Shown: positions 9,194-18,553, counted from the stretch's first letter. The stretch is 36,387 nucleotides of DNA from Candidatus Woesearchaeota archaeon (GCA_002686855.1 NYYQ01000012.1:1-36387); one strand, 5' to 3'. The notes: generated by a model from the letters alone, not told the origin. Translations and numbers: made by a program.

Positions 9194-10684
9194 ATGGAAA
9201 AATTAAGCATAGAAGCTATGGCCACATTCTGCAAGAAAAAGGGTTTCGTTTATCCCAGTGCAGAGATTTATGGTGGCCTTGCGGGATTCTGGGACTTTGG
9301 CCATTTAGGCGTAGAACTAAAAAATAACATCAAAAATGAATGGTGGAACTACCATGTTAAACAAAGAGAAGATATTATGGGCATTGATGGTAGCATTATA
9401 ACACACCCAAAAGTATGGGAAGCATCTGGCCATGTTGAAAACTTTGAAGATGTGATGTTAACATGCTCAAAATGCAATGAAAAAACCAGAGCTGATCATT
9501 TAATTGAAGAAAAACTAAAGACAAATGTAGAAGGCCGGAGTGTTGATGAAATCAACAAAATAATAAAAAAAAATAATTTAAAGTGCCCAAAGTGCAACTC
9601 TGATTTTAAGGAATTAAAAAAATTCAGTTTAATGTTAAAAACAAGCATAGGTCCTTTAGAAGATAAAAGCTCTATTTCTTACTTAAGGCCTGAAACTGCC
9701 CAGTTAATTTTTGCTAATTTTAAGCTAGTCTCAGATAACGCCCGTTTAAAGTTGCCATTTGGCATAGCTCAAATAGGAAAAGGTTTCAGAAATGAAATTT
9801 CTCCAAGAGACTTTTTATTTAGATGCAGAGAATTTGAAATGATGGAGATAGAATACTTTGTGCATCCGGATAAAGCAGAAAAATGTCCCTCCATTAAGGA
9901 AGTGGAAAATGAAGAACTAAATTTCCTGACATCAGAGATGCAGCAAAAAAAACAAGAACCAAAAGAAATGAAAGTCAAAGATGCTCTAAAGAAAAAACTA
10001 GTTTCAGAATGGCATGCTTACTGGCTTGCTACAGAACAAAAATGGTTTACAGATTTAGGAGCTAAACCAGAAAACTTTAGAGTAAGACAACACCTAAAAG
10101 AAGAAAAAAGTCATTATGCTACAGACACATGGGACCTTGAATATAATTTTCCTTTTGGCTGGAAAGAATTGCAAGGCATAGCAAACAGGACTGATTTTGA
10201 CCTAAAACAGCATATGAAATTTTCCGGTAATGACCTAAGCATTTTTGATGAGGAAACAAAGAAAAAAATTATTCCATATGTTATAGCAGAGCCTTCACAA
10301 GGTGTAGAACGCGCTTTCCTGGTTTTCATGTTCGATTCTTACACTTATGATAAAAAAAGGGGAAATGCTGTTTTAAAGCTGCATCCTAAGTTAGCTCCAG
10401 TAAAAGTTGGTATTTTTCCATTAGTTAATAAATTAGACAATGAAGCTAAAAAAGTCTATGATTTGCTAAAATCAGATTTTAATAGCATTTTTGATAAAAG
10501 TGGAAGCATAGGGAGAAGATATGCAAGAGCAGATGAAATTGGTATTCCTTACTGCATTACAATAGATTTTGATAGTTTAAAAGATAAGAAAGTTACAGTT
10601 AGAAACCGCAATGACACAAAACAAATAAGAGTAAAAATAAATGATTTAAAGGAAACTATGGGTAAATTAATTGATAATCCATAA
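9194..10684 (+). CDS. glyS: Glycyl-tRNA synthetase (alpha2, archaeal/eukaryotic type)
   Basis: EIYGG, YLRPETAQ, motif 2 FRNEISPR…REFEMMEIE, ELQGIANRTDFDL, motif 3 EPSQGVER, anticodon domain SIGRRYARADEIG. Confidence 0.95.
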   Translation: MEKLSIEAMATFCKKKGFVYPSAEIYGGLAGFWDFGHLGVELKNNIKNEWWNYHVKQREDIMGIDGSIITHPKVWEASGHVENFEDVMLTCSKCNEKTRADHLIEEKLKTNVEGRSVDEINKIIKKNNLKCPKCNSDFKELKKFSLMLKTSIGPLEDKSSISYLRPETAQLIFANFKLVSDNARLKLPFGIAQIGKGFRNEISPRDFLFRCREFEMMEIEYFVHPDKAEKCPSIKEVENEELNFLTSEMQQKKQEPKEMKVKDALKKKLVSEWHAYWLATEQKWFTDLGAKPENFRVRQHLKEEKSHYATDTWDLEYNFPFGWKELQGIANRTDFDLKQHMKFSGNDLSIFDEETKKKIIPYVIAEPSQGVERAFLVFMFDSYTYDKKRGNAVLKLHPKLAPVKVGIFPLVNKLDNEAKKVYDLLKSDFNSIFDKSGSIGRRYARADEIGIPYCITIDFDSLKDKKVTVRNRNDTKQIRVKINDLKETMGKLIDNP

Positions 10685-10719
10685 ATTTTATATATGATAT
10701 GGCTTATTCTCTTTTGATT

Positions 10720-11157
10720 ATGGCAATCAAAGACTTACAAGCAAAGCAGGGCAATGTAGACATTGAACTGGATGTAGTGGATGTTGGAGAAGTAAGAGAA
10801 TTTGAAAAATTCGGCAGAACTGGAAAAGTAGCAACTGCTATTGCAAAAGACGAAACCGGAGACATTAAACTTTCTTTGTGGAATGAAGATATTGAAAGAA
10901 TAAAAGCCGGAGATAAAATAAAAATAACAAATGGTTATGTTTCTGAATGGCAAGGTGAAAAACAGCTTACAACAGGAAGATTTGGAAAACTAGAAGTCGT
11001 TGGAGAAGACAAAGAAGCTAAAGAAGAAGCAACTAAAGGTCCGGACGAAGAGAAAAACAAGGAAGAATATCAGCAGGAAAAGGAAAAAATAGACGAAGTT
11101 GAGGAAAAGCTGAAAGAAGAGCCTGTAGCTGATGAAGAAGAAATTAAAGATAAATAA
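10720..11157 (+). CDS. Single-OB-fold ssDNA-binding protein (SSB/RPA) with acidic tail
   Basis: KDETGDIKLSLWNE…GDKIKITNGYVSEWQGEKQLTTGRFG OB-fold signature; the TATA at 10687-10694 favours the ATG at 10720. Confidence 0.85.
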   Translation: MAIKDLQAKQGNVDIELDVVDVGEVREFEKFGRTGKVATAIAKDETGDIKLSLWNEDIERIKAGDKIKITNGYVSEWQGEKQLTTGRFGKLEVVGEDKEAKEEATKGPDEEKNKEEYQQEKEKIDEVEEKLKEEPVADEEEIKDK

Positions 11158-11205
11158 TATTAATCGAAAGTAATTTAAATAAAATCTATTTCTGAAAAAG
11201 GTTAA

Positions 11206-11352
11206 GGGACTGTAGCTCAGACTGGGAAGGGAAACCCTTCGTCTAAGGAGAGCACATGCATTAAAAGTGCAGCTAATTACGCTGAAGACGTAGGTGATTG
11301 GTACAGTCACGCTGGCCAACCTGAATCCTGGGTTCAAATCCCAGCAGTCCCA
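11206..11352 (+). tRNA. tRNA-Phe(GAA) with three non-canonical introns (11225-11246, 11256-11277, 11297-11325)
   Basis: Removing the three inserts gives a 74-nt cloverleaf with all four stems fully paired: GGGACTG TA GCTC AGACTGGGA GAGC A CTACG CTGAAGA CGTAG GTGTC CTGGG TTCAAAT CCCAG CAGTCCC A. TATA (TTTAAATA, 11174-11181) upstream and a T-run downstream. Confidence 0.88.
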
Positions 11353-11359
11353 CCTTTTT

Positions 11360-13528
11360 TTAACCCAAGGAAGTTGTCAATATAGTTGAAGCAATGATAT
11401 TAAACAACAACATTACAACGAACGAGATAAAGCAATAAAGCAATGTGCTCCTTATCATATTAACTCCTAACTGATATTTCTCATTTAATTTGTCAGAGCC
11501 ATTCTCAATGCCATTTACCAGTATTGTCAATATGTAGGTTATCTGGACAACATACAAGCCAACTATTATTTGGAAAAAGTATGTTGGAATTCCATCTCCA
11601 AACAATCCCATCATTCCAATTCCCTGGGTTGCTGTATCACCGCCAGTAACATTCTGCAATTGTGACCCTAACTTGCCTAAAATTGTAGTAACCATTGATG
11701 TTATTCCAATAACAATTCCTGCTATTGCTGGTGTTAAAAACTTAATTTGGGAGTTCATTGAAGAAATGATGTCAGCCATCAAATCCTTTAGCCTTTCATT
11801 GACACTATGTATTTCCTTTATGTATCTGGAAACATTTGTCAGGGCTTGAGCGGCAATAACAGGACCTTTTTTAACTGATTGAACCAAAACTTTCATAGAG
11901 CTTTCTATCAAATTAGAAGGAAAACTTATTAAAGCTCCATGTGCTGAATCAAAAATTGATTGTTTAACACTCATTCCTAATTTTCTTATATTTGTACTTA
12001 CAAGTTTAAAGAAACTTCCAGAAACAGTACCTTCCATAGTATTTGCAACCTTACCAAAAGCTATCTCTGCCGGTAATCCATCACCCAGCCTATTCCCCAA
12101 TTGAAACAAACCTGATGCAAACTCTAATTCCAGCTTTTTTGCTCTTTCCCTTATCTTCATGACATTCTTTGACCTTAAATGATAAAATATTCCCAAGCTT
12201 AAGCCAAAAGCTAGCGTAATCAATAAGCTTAATATTGCTGCGCCAAGGCCATATGGCCCTATAAGTTCACCAGTTGCTTGACTTTCCCTATATTCCAGCA
12301 AACAGAACTTCTTTCCGCATGAACTTGACAAATCCATTTCGCCAAAGCCAATATCTGGAAAATCAATGCTGTGCAGCAAAACAGGGCTAATTCCAAAAAT
12401 AAATAATACTGCTCCTATAAAAATACTAAAGAAAATAGGGTTCATTAAAATTTCAATATTTCCTAATTTCATTATAACATTCTTGTATTTCTTAAGCTCT
12501 GGATTTTCCTCTGAGATATCTGTCTCGCCATAACCAGTAGGCCTTCTTGACAAAACTGATTTTCCCAGATAATAAACACTAATCGGCAAAGCCACATTAT
12601 ACAAAGCAGCTATATGAAACCATCTGATTCCTTCCATAAAGCTAACCATTAAAGGTAGTATAACCAACCCCAAAATAGGAAGAATTATGCCCAGCATATG
12701 CAGCATTGTTATGGGGCTTTGCAAATTATGTGCATAATGCAGCATCTTCTCATAAGTCTCGCTTAAAATAACATCTAATGATTTATCTAAAGCATTCAAT
12801 CTTCTCTCTTCACTTCCCTCATACAAAGATGATTCTATTAGATGAAAAGCTTCAATAAACTCAAAATTCCATTTCTTCCATGTCTCAAGATACATGTCAA
12901 GACTTTCCTTAACGCTTGCATATTTTTCAGTCTCGATATCCCACAGCACTTTCTTTAGATCTAGGCTTAACGGCGGTGATAAATGGTCGGCAGCAAACTC
13001 AATCGCATTTTCTATGTTACTTGTATGCCTCATATATGTTACCACATAAAATATGCATAGCACCATCTGATTGCTTGCCTTTAAGCGCCAGTTATTAGCA
13101 ATATAATTTGGCAAATTTCCCAAAGGTCTTATCAGAGAGAGTCCTATTATAAAGAAAAATAAAATGAAGAATGTAGATTGAAAAATAAGAAAAGAGAACA
13201 ATGAGCCCAATAAAATAATAAAAATCGGGGCTAAAAATGAAAAGGAGATTGCTCCAGAAGGGGTAATGTTCAAATGCGCTATATTGATATTCTCAATAAT
13301 TCTAGGTTCTTTTTTCTTATCTGGTTTTATATGCAATATTTTTTCGCTCAAGCCGCATAATTTCTCGTACAAAGTCAAATGTCTTGGCATATAAGCTTCC
13401 TTAAATTCTTCATACTCTCTTGATGAAACTTTCGGCTGGTAAACTCTGGCGCCTAGTTCTTTCTCTATCTGCTTCTTATATAACTCTACCAGATCCTTCA
13501 TCCTCTGTTTTTCACTCTGAGTAGGCAT
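11360..13528 (-). CDS. Polytopic membrane platform protein, TadC/GspF/ArlJ-like (two T2SSF-like domains)
   Basis: Multiple TM segments; two soluble T2SSF-like segments (LKASNQMVLCIFYVVTYMRHTSNIENAI; EFASGLFQLGNRLGDGLPAEIAF); immediately downstream of a secretion ATPase; SD GAGGTGAG upstream. Confidence 0.75.
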   Translation of the reverse strand: MPTQSEKQRMKDLVELYKKQIEKELGARVYQPKVSSREYEEFKEAYMPRHLTLYEKLCGLSEKILHIKPDKKKEPRIIENINIAHLNITPSGAISFSFLAPIFIILLGSLFSFLIFQSTFFILFFFIIGLSLIRPLGNLPNYIANNWRLKASNQMVLCIFYVVTYMRHTSNIENAIEFAADHLSPPLSLDLKKVLWDIETEKYASVKESLDMYLETWKKWNFEFIEAFHLIESSLYEGSEERRLNALDKSLDVILSETYEKMLHYAHNLQSPITMLHMLGIILPILGLVILPLMVSFMEGIRWFHIAALYNVALPISVYYLGKSVLSRRPTGYGETDISEENPELKKYKNVIMKLGNIEILMNPIFFSIFIGAVLFIFGISPVLLHSIDFPDIGFGEMDLSSSCGKKFCLLEYRESQATGELIGPYGLGAAILSLLITLAFGLSLGIFYHLRSKNVMKIRERAKKLELEFASGLFQLGNRLGDGLPAEIAFGKVANTMEGTVSGSFFKLVSTNIRKLGMSVKQSIFDSAHGALISFPSNLIESSMKVLVQSVKKGPVIAAQALTNVSRYIKEIHSVNERLKDLMADIISSMNSQIKFLTPAIAGIVIGITSMVTTILGKLGSQLQNVTGGDTATQGIGMMGLFGDGIPTYFFQIIVGLYVVQITYILTILVNGIENGSDKLNEKYQLGVNMIRSTLLYCFISFVVMLLFNIIASTILTTSLG

Positions 13529-13685
13529 TAAGAATAACTCACCTCTTTTTTGTTTATTTTTTGTTTACTGATTTAATTTTTTATTAATTTTAAATTTTAA
13601 TTATTATTGTATTATTTTCCAATTGTTATTTTATTTCATTTTGAATTAAATTATGTTTATTGTTATTTTCAATTATTAATTTTTT

Positions 13686-13820
13686 ATTATTTTAATTTTG
13701 AACTGTTTATTTTTTATTTTAAATTATTTTAATTGAATTTTTATTTATTATTGGATAATTTTTAATATGATTTTTATTGATTTTTTATAAATGGGAGTTT
13801 TTTATTATTTTAATTTTGAA
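13686..13820. repeat. 135-bp AT-rich direct repeat, copy 1
   Basis: Matches 16222-16356 ungapped with 5 substitutions by manual alignment. Confidence 0.85.
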
Positions 13821-13891
13821 ATTTTATTATTGGTTTCTTTTTTTGTAATTTTTATTGAAACTATATCTATTATTGGCTAAATTAAATATTA

Positions 13892-16183
13892 TTATTTCAT
13901 ATTCATTTTTTTAACACTTCTTTTAAGCCATTCATTCCAGTCAAAAAATATCCTCTTGCTGTCTAAGCTGCCAACTTCATCTTTTACCACATCTGAAATT
14001 TTATGGAATTCGTCATTTGCATTAACAACAAATTCAGCTTCTAATAAATTCAGCATTTTAGATTTTTCAGCGTATTTTACTAAAGTTTCTTTTATTTTTG
14101 TTCTCAACAAAATATTGTCCCAAATAGCATCCCAGCTTCCAGCCCATTCCTTTACATTTCCCCCAATACTCTTCAGAATATCGCTTTCTCCATTAATCAA
14201 CTCATCACTCGGCTCTAATTGGTCTGTTCTAGTATCATATTTCATTAAATCCACAAAACCAGTCTCCAGTAAAGGGTCATTTTCCCAATGCTTCCTTACC
14301 TCTGTAATCTGAGTCACTCTTCTCCATCTATGAAGACCATCTGCGCTTCTTACCGGATTAGCAACAATGATAATATCTGTTGCCTTAAAACTTGTTCTTG
14401 GTACCTGTAAATCATTAACAACTCTGTCAAAAACACCATAAGGACTGTCACCATGAATTGTCCCGGCAACAACATTTGCCAATGCGCCTATCCTCATTGC
14501 TTCATACAATGCCAATGCCTCCTTTGAACGTATTTCCCCTACAATTAAAGCTGAATCTCCCATCCTTAATGTTGTTCTTATCCCTTCATCAGCAGGCACC
14601 TCCGCGCTTCCTTTTGTTAAAGCAGCAGCAACTTTCATAGGCTGTATATTATACCCTAACTTTCTCAAAGAAGATGTTGGCAGCTCTAAAGTGTCTTCAA
14701 TAGTAATAACTCTATATCTTCTCATTAATTCCACTAATAATGCTCCCAACAATGATGTTTTTCCAGCTGACCTTGTTCCTGCTACAAGCAAAGTCCTGCT
14801 GCCATCAATAATAAAACTCATTATTCCCGCAGATAAAGGACTCATCATTTTATTATGGATAAATAAAGGCAAAGTCCATGGTTTGTCTCTATGCCTTCTA
14901 AATGCAAATGAGACGCCATGAGGGTTTAATGGCTCTCCAACTGCTGCAACACGCGCATTCGCCCCTTTAATTCTAAGCTCTGTATCCAGGATAGGATTAG
15001 CCTCATCAAGAGGCCTGCCGGATATCAACCTTAATTTTGTTGCCCACGAGTCTGCTTCAGTTGGTGTTGGAACTACATTTGTCCTGCAATCCCCATAAGT
15101 TTGATGTACAATGAACATAGGCACGTCTCCCATCTGGTTATTTATTGATATATCTTGTACCTGCTCGTCCTGCAGCAAAATCTCTATTAACCCAAAACCT
15201 ACTGTGTACCTGACCAAAATATTTGTCAACTGCTCGATTTCTTGAGAAGTCATTTTTATGTTTCTATAGCCTACAAGTTCCTCAATTAAATCCTGGCCTA
15301 CATTAAAAAAAACCTGCCTCATACGGTCCGGCTCAACAAACTCGCTTCTTTTTGGCTTGTGTTCTGCCATGATTTTCCTTGCTGTGTCTAATATTTCATA
15401 TTTTTCCTCGGTTAATTTAAATTCCGGTGGCACCATATGATACAGGTATTGCACAGTGTCTGGCAGCTCAAAAATTGTTACATCTACATCCTTCCCCACA
15501 GTATAAGTCTCCAGTTCTTTAGCATCATGAGGGAAAGCAGCCATTAGTTTTGTAAACATAAAGTCCGGCCTTACAACTGGTATAAAAAAGCGCCTGTATA
15601 TTTCCCGGTCACTAACTTTATGGCCTGCAAGATATTGCTTTGCAGCTAAGATTAATTTTGTTTTTTCCAGGGTATTCATCAAATAATCAAGAATCTTGAG
15701 ATACTTCTGACTGCATTTTATGAAGTTTTCATCAGCCGCTCTTTCCACACTTATTCTTTCATCCCTTGTAATCCTTGTCAATTCCACGTAAGCTCCGATA
15801 GGGTCTGACCTTAACAAATTTGATATTATGTTCTGTACAGTAGAATACCAAGTATTAGCCCACTTTGCGCAGCTGGTGTCAGAAAGCAAAGCAGTATAAC
15901 TAAAAACATCTTTTCTTTTAGCAAGCTGGGAATATAGTTTTGCTATTTCTCTCAACAAAAATGTCTGATTAGAATCATATTCATAATTTCTCTTTTGCAT
16001 AAAGACAATTTTGGTTGCATCCCCCACCTCAATAAGCATATCGCATGTCTTTGACATAATCATTGCATCATCTTCTATAGCAGGTATATGCTGATAGTCC
16101 TCTAAATCAACAGAAAGTATTACATCATCCCCTTCCCTTATCACATCATAAGAAAAGGGCTTTTTATTATCAAACAATGCCAT
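13892..16183 (-). CDS. Type II/IV secretion ATPase (TadA/CpaF/ArlI-like) with long N-terminal extension
   Basis: LLQDEQVQDISIN, SGRPLDEANPILD, Walker A AGTRSAGKT, ITIEDTLEL, Walker B LIVGEIR, His box GTIHG. ATG at 16183. Confidence 0.9.
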   Translation of the reverse strand: MALFDNKKPFSYDVIREGDDVILSVDLEDYQHIPAIEDDAMIMSKTCDMLIEVGDATKIVFMQKRNYEYDSNQTFLLREIAKLYSQLAKRKDVFSYTALLSDTSCAKWANTWYSTVQNIISNLLRSDPIGAYVELTRITRDERISVERAADENFIKCSQKYLKILDYLMNTLEKTKLILAAKQYLAGHKVSDREIYRRFFIPVVRPDFMFTKLMAAFPHDAKELETYTVGKDVDVTIFELPDTVQYLYHMVPPEFKLTEEKYEILDTARKIMAEHKPKRSEFVEPDRMRQVFFNVGQDLIEELVGYRNIKMTSQEIEQLTNILVRYTVGFGLIEILLQDEQVQDISINNQMGDVPMFIVHQTYGDCRTNVVPTPTEADSWATKLRLISGRPLDEANPILDTELRIKGANARVAAVGEPLNPHGVSFAFRRHRDKPWTLPLFIHNKMMSPLSAGIMSFIIDGSRTLLVAGTRSAGKTSLLGALLVELMRRYRVITIEDTLELPTSSLRKLGYNIQPMKVAAALTKGSAEVPADEGIRTTLRMGDSALIVGEIRSKEALALYEAMRIGALANVVAGTIHGDSPYGVFDRVVNDLQVPRTSFKATDIIIVANPVRSADGLHRWRRVTQITEVRKHWENDPLLETGFVDLMKYDTRTDQLEPSDELINGESDILKSIGGNVKEWAGSWDAIWDNILLRTKIKETLVKYAEKSKMLNLLEAEFVVNANDEFHKISDVVKDEVGSLDSKRIFFDWNEWLKRSVKKMNMK

Positions 16184-16221
16184 TTTCAATCAACCATTTT
16201 TTTATCATTTTATTTCCATCA

Positions 16222-16356
16222 ATTATTTTAATTTTGAATTGTTTGTTTTTTATTTTAAATTATTTTTATTGGATTTTTATTTATTATTGGATAATTTTTA
16301 ATATGATTTTTATTGAATTTTTATAAATGGGAGTTTTTTATTATTTTAATTTTGAA
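16222..16356. repeat. 135-bp AT-rich direct repeat, copy 2
   Basis: Matches 13686-13820. Confidence 0.85.
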
Positions 16357-16527
16357 TTGTTTGTTTTTTATTATTGATTGAAATTGTTTGTTTTTTATTA
16401 TTTTAATTTTGAAATTTTATTATTGGATTTTTTATTGTTTTTTCTTAATAATATTTATTTATTGAAATTATTTTTATTGGCTTTTTAATTGGGTTTTAGT
16501 TTTTATTGGAGCTATTTTCATTAAGCC

Positions 16528-16665
16528 TTATTTCTGATTTTTTAACAAATCCAGTGCAATCTCAATCAAATGTGATTTATTCCTGTACTTTTTCCTATCC
16601 TGCAATGCTTTATCTATCCACTTTATTAGTTCCAGATCAATTGTTGCACTTATCGACTTTTTCAT
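16528..16665 (-). CDS. Ribbon-helix-helix (CopG/MetJ-like) DNA-binding protein, 45 aa, not in the ORF track
   Basis: Manual translation MKKSISATIDLELIKWIDKALQDRKKYRNKSHLIEIALDLLKNQK: alternating beta-strand (SISATID), helix, then NKSHLIEIAL, matching the RHH pattern. Confidence 0.8.
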   Translation of the reverse strand: MKKSISATIDLELIKWIDKALQDRKKYRNKSHLIEIALDLLKNQK

Positions 16666-16671
16666 GTTGAC

Positions 16672-16728
16672 TATATTATAAAATATATTTTTGCATATTT
16701 TCAAATATTATATATATTTTATAATATA
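16672..16728. promoter_or_regulatory. Perfect 17-bp inverted repeat, candidate RHH operator
   Basis: TATATTATAAAATATAT (16672-16688) and ATATATTTTATAATATA (16712-16728) with a 23-nt spacer, immediately upstream of the RHH start. It is all A/T, so chance occurrence is not excluded. Confidence 0.45.
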
Positions 16729-16931
16729 AAGTATTTAAATATTGTGTTTTTGCAAGGGAGATATAACCACTCCAATATCCTCACACAAATTTATATGTAT
16801 GGTAGTGGGACTAAACAATTGACCGATAATTCCGCCAGTAATTCGAAAACACAAACCATTTATGATCAATTTTTTGTGTTTTCTACTATAGAAACAAAAC
16901 ATATTTAATAAACAAAATCAAAATACTTAAA

Positions 16932-17369
16932 ATGGCAGATATGGGCATTCCTCCACCACCTAAGCAGCATAAAAGCCTTTTTCATAGTCAAAAGCCTCCA
17001 CAGCAGGACATGAGCTCTTTTAGGGGGGATATAAACAATCTAAGCAGAAGACTAAGGATTCTGGAAGAAAGCTTTACAAATCTAAGAAGAGCTTTACAAG
17101 TAACAGAGCAAAATATGCTCGGTAAAAACAAGTTGTTTACAACAGAAATCAAGACTATAACTTCTGACATAAGCGATATAAAAAAGGAAATTGCAGAAAT
17201 AAAGGAAAAAATACTTGATATTGTAAAAGAATTGCAAACATCAGCAAAAAGAGATGAAGTAAAAGTCCTGGAAAAGTACATAAACATCTGGAATCCTGTT
17301 AAATTTGTAACGCAAAAAGAAGTAGAACAAATTGTAAAAGAGTTTATGGAAAGAGAAAAAAATAAATAG
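16932..17369 (+). CDS. Coiled-coil hypothetical protein with Pro-rich N-terminus
   Basis: Long heptad pattern ending in EVKVLEKYINIWNPVKF; TATA-like element upstream. Confidence 0.75.
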   Translation: MADMGIPPPPKQHKSLFHSQKPPQQDMSSFRGDINNLSRRLRILEESFTNLRRALQVTEQNMLGKNKLFTTEIKTITSDISDIKKEIAEIKEKILDIVKELQTSAKRDEVKVLEKYINIWNPVKFVTQKEVEQIVKEFMEREKNK

Positions 17370-17419
17370 AAACGTTTATATAGATTTTTTCAAATAAAAA
17401 CAAAAAAAGAGGAAAAATA

Positions 17420-18046
17420 ATGGTCTTATTTAGTTTTGGCAAAAAAAAGAAAAAACCCGAGCAAGCAGCTCCTGGCAGCCCCATTGAACAAATCATGGCT
17501 TTAAAACAACAGGGCATGGTTGATGACCAAATTATCAAGGAACTTGAAAGACAGGGCTATAATTCTTCCCAGATTTTTGATGCCCTGAACCAAGTAAATA
17601 TACAAGCACCTACATCAGCAGGACAGCCTCCGGGCTATAACATGCCATCACCTCAACAAGATCTTTCTTATGAGCAGCCTCCACCACAAAAACCACAGCC
17701 AAGAGAGACCCTGGACAGGGAGCAAATAGAAGAAATTGTTGAAGCAATAATAGATGAAAAGTGGAAAGAGTTTGAGGAAGATGTTAAAAAGATAATTGAG
17801 TGGAAAGATAGTACACAGACAAGGATAAATCATCTTGACCAGCAGATAAAAGATTTAGCTACAAGCTTAAATTCATTGCATAAAAACCTTCTAAATAAGA
17901 TTTCTGATTATGATAAGAATATAACAGATGTAGGAACAGAAATAAAGGCCATGGAAAAGGTTTTCCAGAAAATTCTTCCAAATCTGACAGAAAATGTAAA
18001 CAAGCTGGAACGGATGAGCAAAGGCTCTAAATCAACTAAGAAATAA
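17420..18046 (+). CDS. Hypothetical protein: small helical N-domain, Pro/Gln linker, coiled coil
   Basis: LKQQGMVDDQIIKELERQGY helical domain, PQ-rich linker, heptad C-terminus; SD GAGGA upstream. Confidence 0.78.
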   Translation: MVLFSFGKKKKKPEQAAPGSPIEQIMALKQQGMVDDQIIKELERQGYNSSQIFDALNQVNIQAPTSAGQPPGYNMPSPQQDLSYEQPPPQKPQPRETLDREQIEEIVEAIIDEKWKEFEEDVKKIIEWKDSTQTRINHLDQQIKDLATSLNSLHKNLLNKISDYDKNITDVGTEIKAMEKVFQKILPNLTENVNKLERMSKGSKSTKK

Positions 18047-18047
18047 A

Positions 18048-18551
18048 CTACATCTGCTTTGCAGCCAAAAGTCCAACAGTAAACACTGCCACCAGAGTTA
18101 TAAGAACAATTCCAAGAAAATTTGGATGAAATAAAACTGTGGATGATTTGCTGAAATCCTCCCCCGTTTCCGGAACTTCAATATTTTCTCTTACTACTGA
18201 CAAAGTTCCAACGACAAGGGCAATAACCATAACAACAAGCACAAGCCATTTCACGGCAGGAAGCGCATCTGTACCAGCAGTTACACCAATTGATCTCGAA
18301 GCAACAGATATAATAGCAACGAATACCAAAACTACAGCAAAAAGTGGTGATACCTGCTTAACAACCAAAGTGGCTAAATCCGATAGTATTACAAAAAAAC
18401 CGGCAACCACTGCAATAAGTGAGTTAATCAGCTGATTTTGGCCTAAAATCCTTGTATAAAGTAATATTGCATATATAAAAAGGAATACAAAAAGGAATAC
18501 AAAAACAATAGAAAGGCCTTCTACGGATGCTGCATCAAGAAAAGTTGCCAT
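18048..18551 (-). CDS. Multi-pass membrane protein, paralog 3 of a tandem triplet
   Basis: About 5 TM segments; FLFVFLFIYAILLYTRILG…NSLIA aligns with the two upstream genes. Confidence 0.8.
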   Translation of the reverse strand: MATFLDAASVEGLSIVFVFLFVFLFIYAILLYTRILGQNQLINSLIAVVAGFFVILSDLATLVVKQVSPLFAVVLVFVAIISVASRSIGVTAGTDALPAVKWLVLVVMVIALVVGTLSVVRENIEVPETGEDFSKSSTVLFHPNFLGIVLITLVAVFTVGLLAAKQM

Positions 18552-18553
18552 TT

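Noticed and set aside
13530-13890. Asn/Lys/Ile-rich hidden ORF in the AT-rich spacer
   Set aside because: Frequent stops, no credible start with SD, and no ORF of 60 aa or more in the track.
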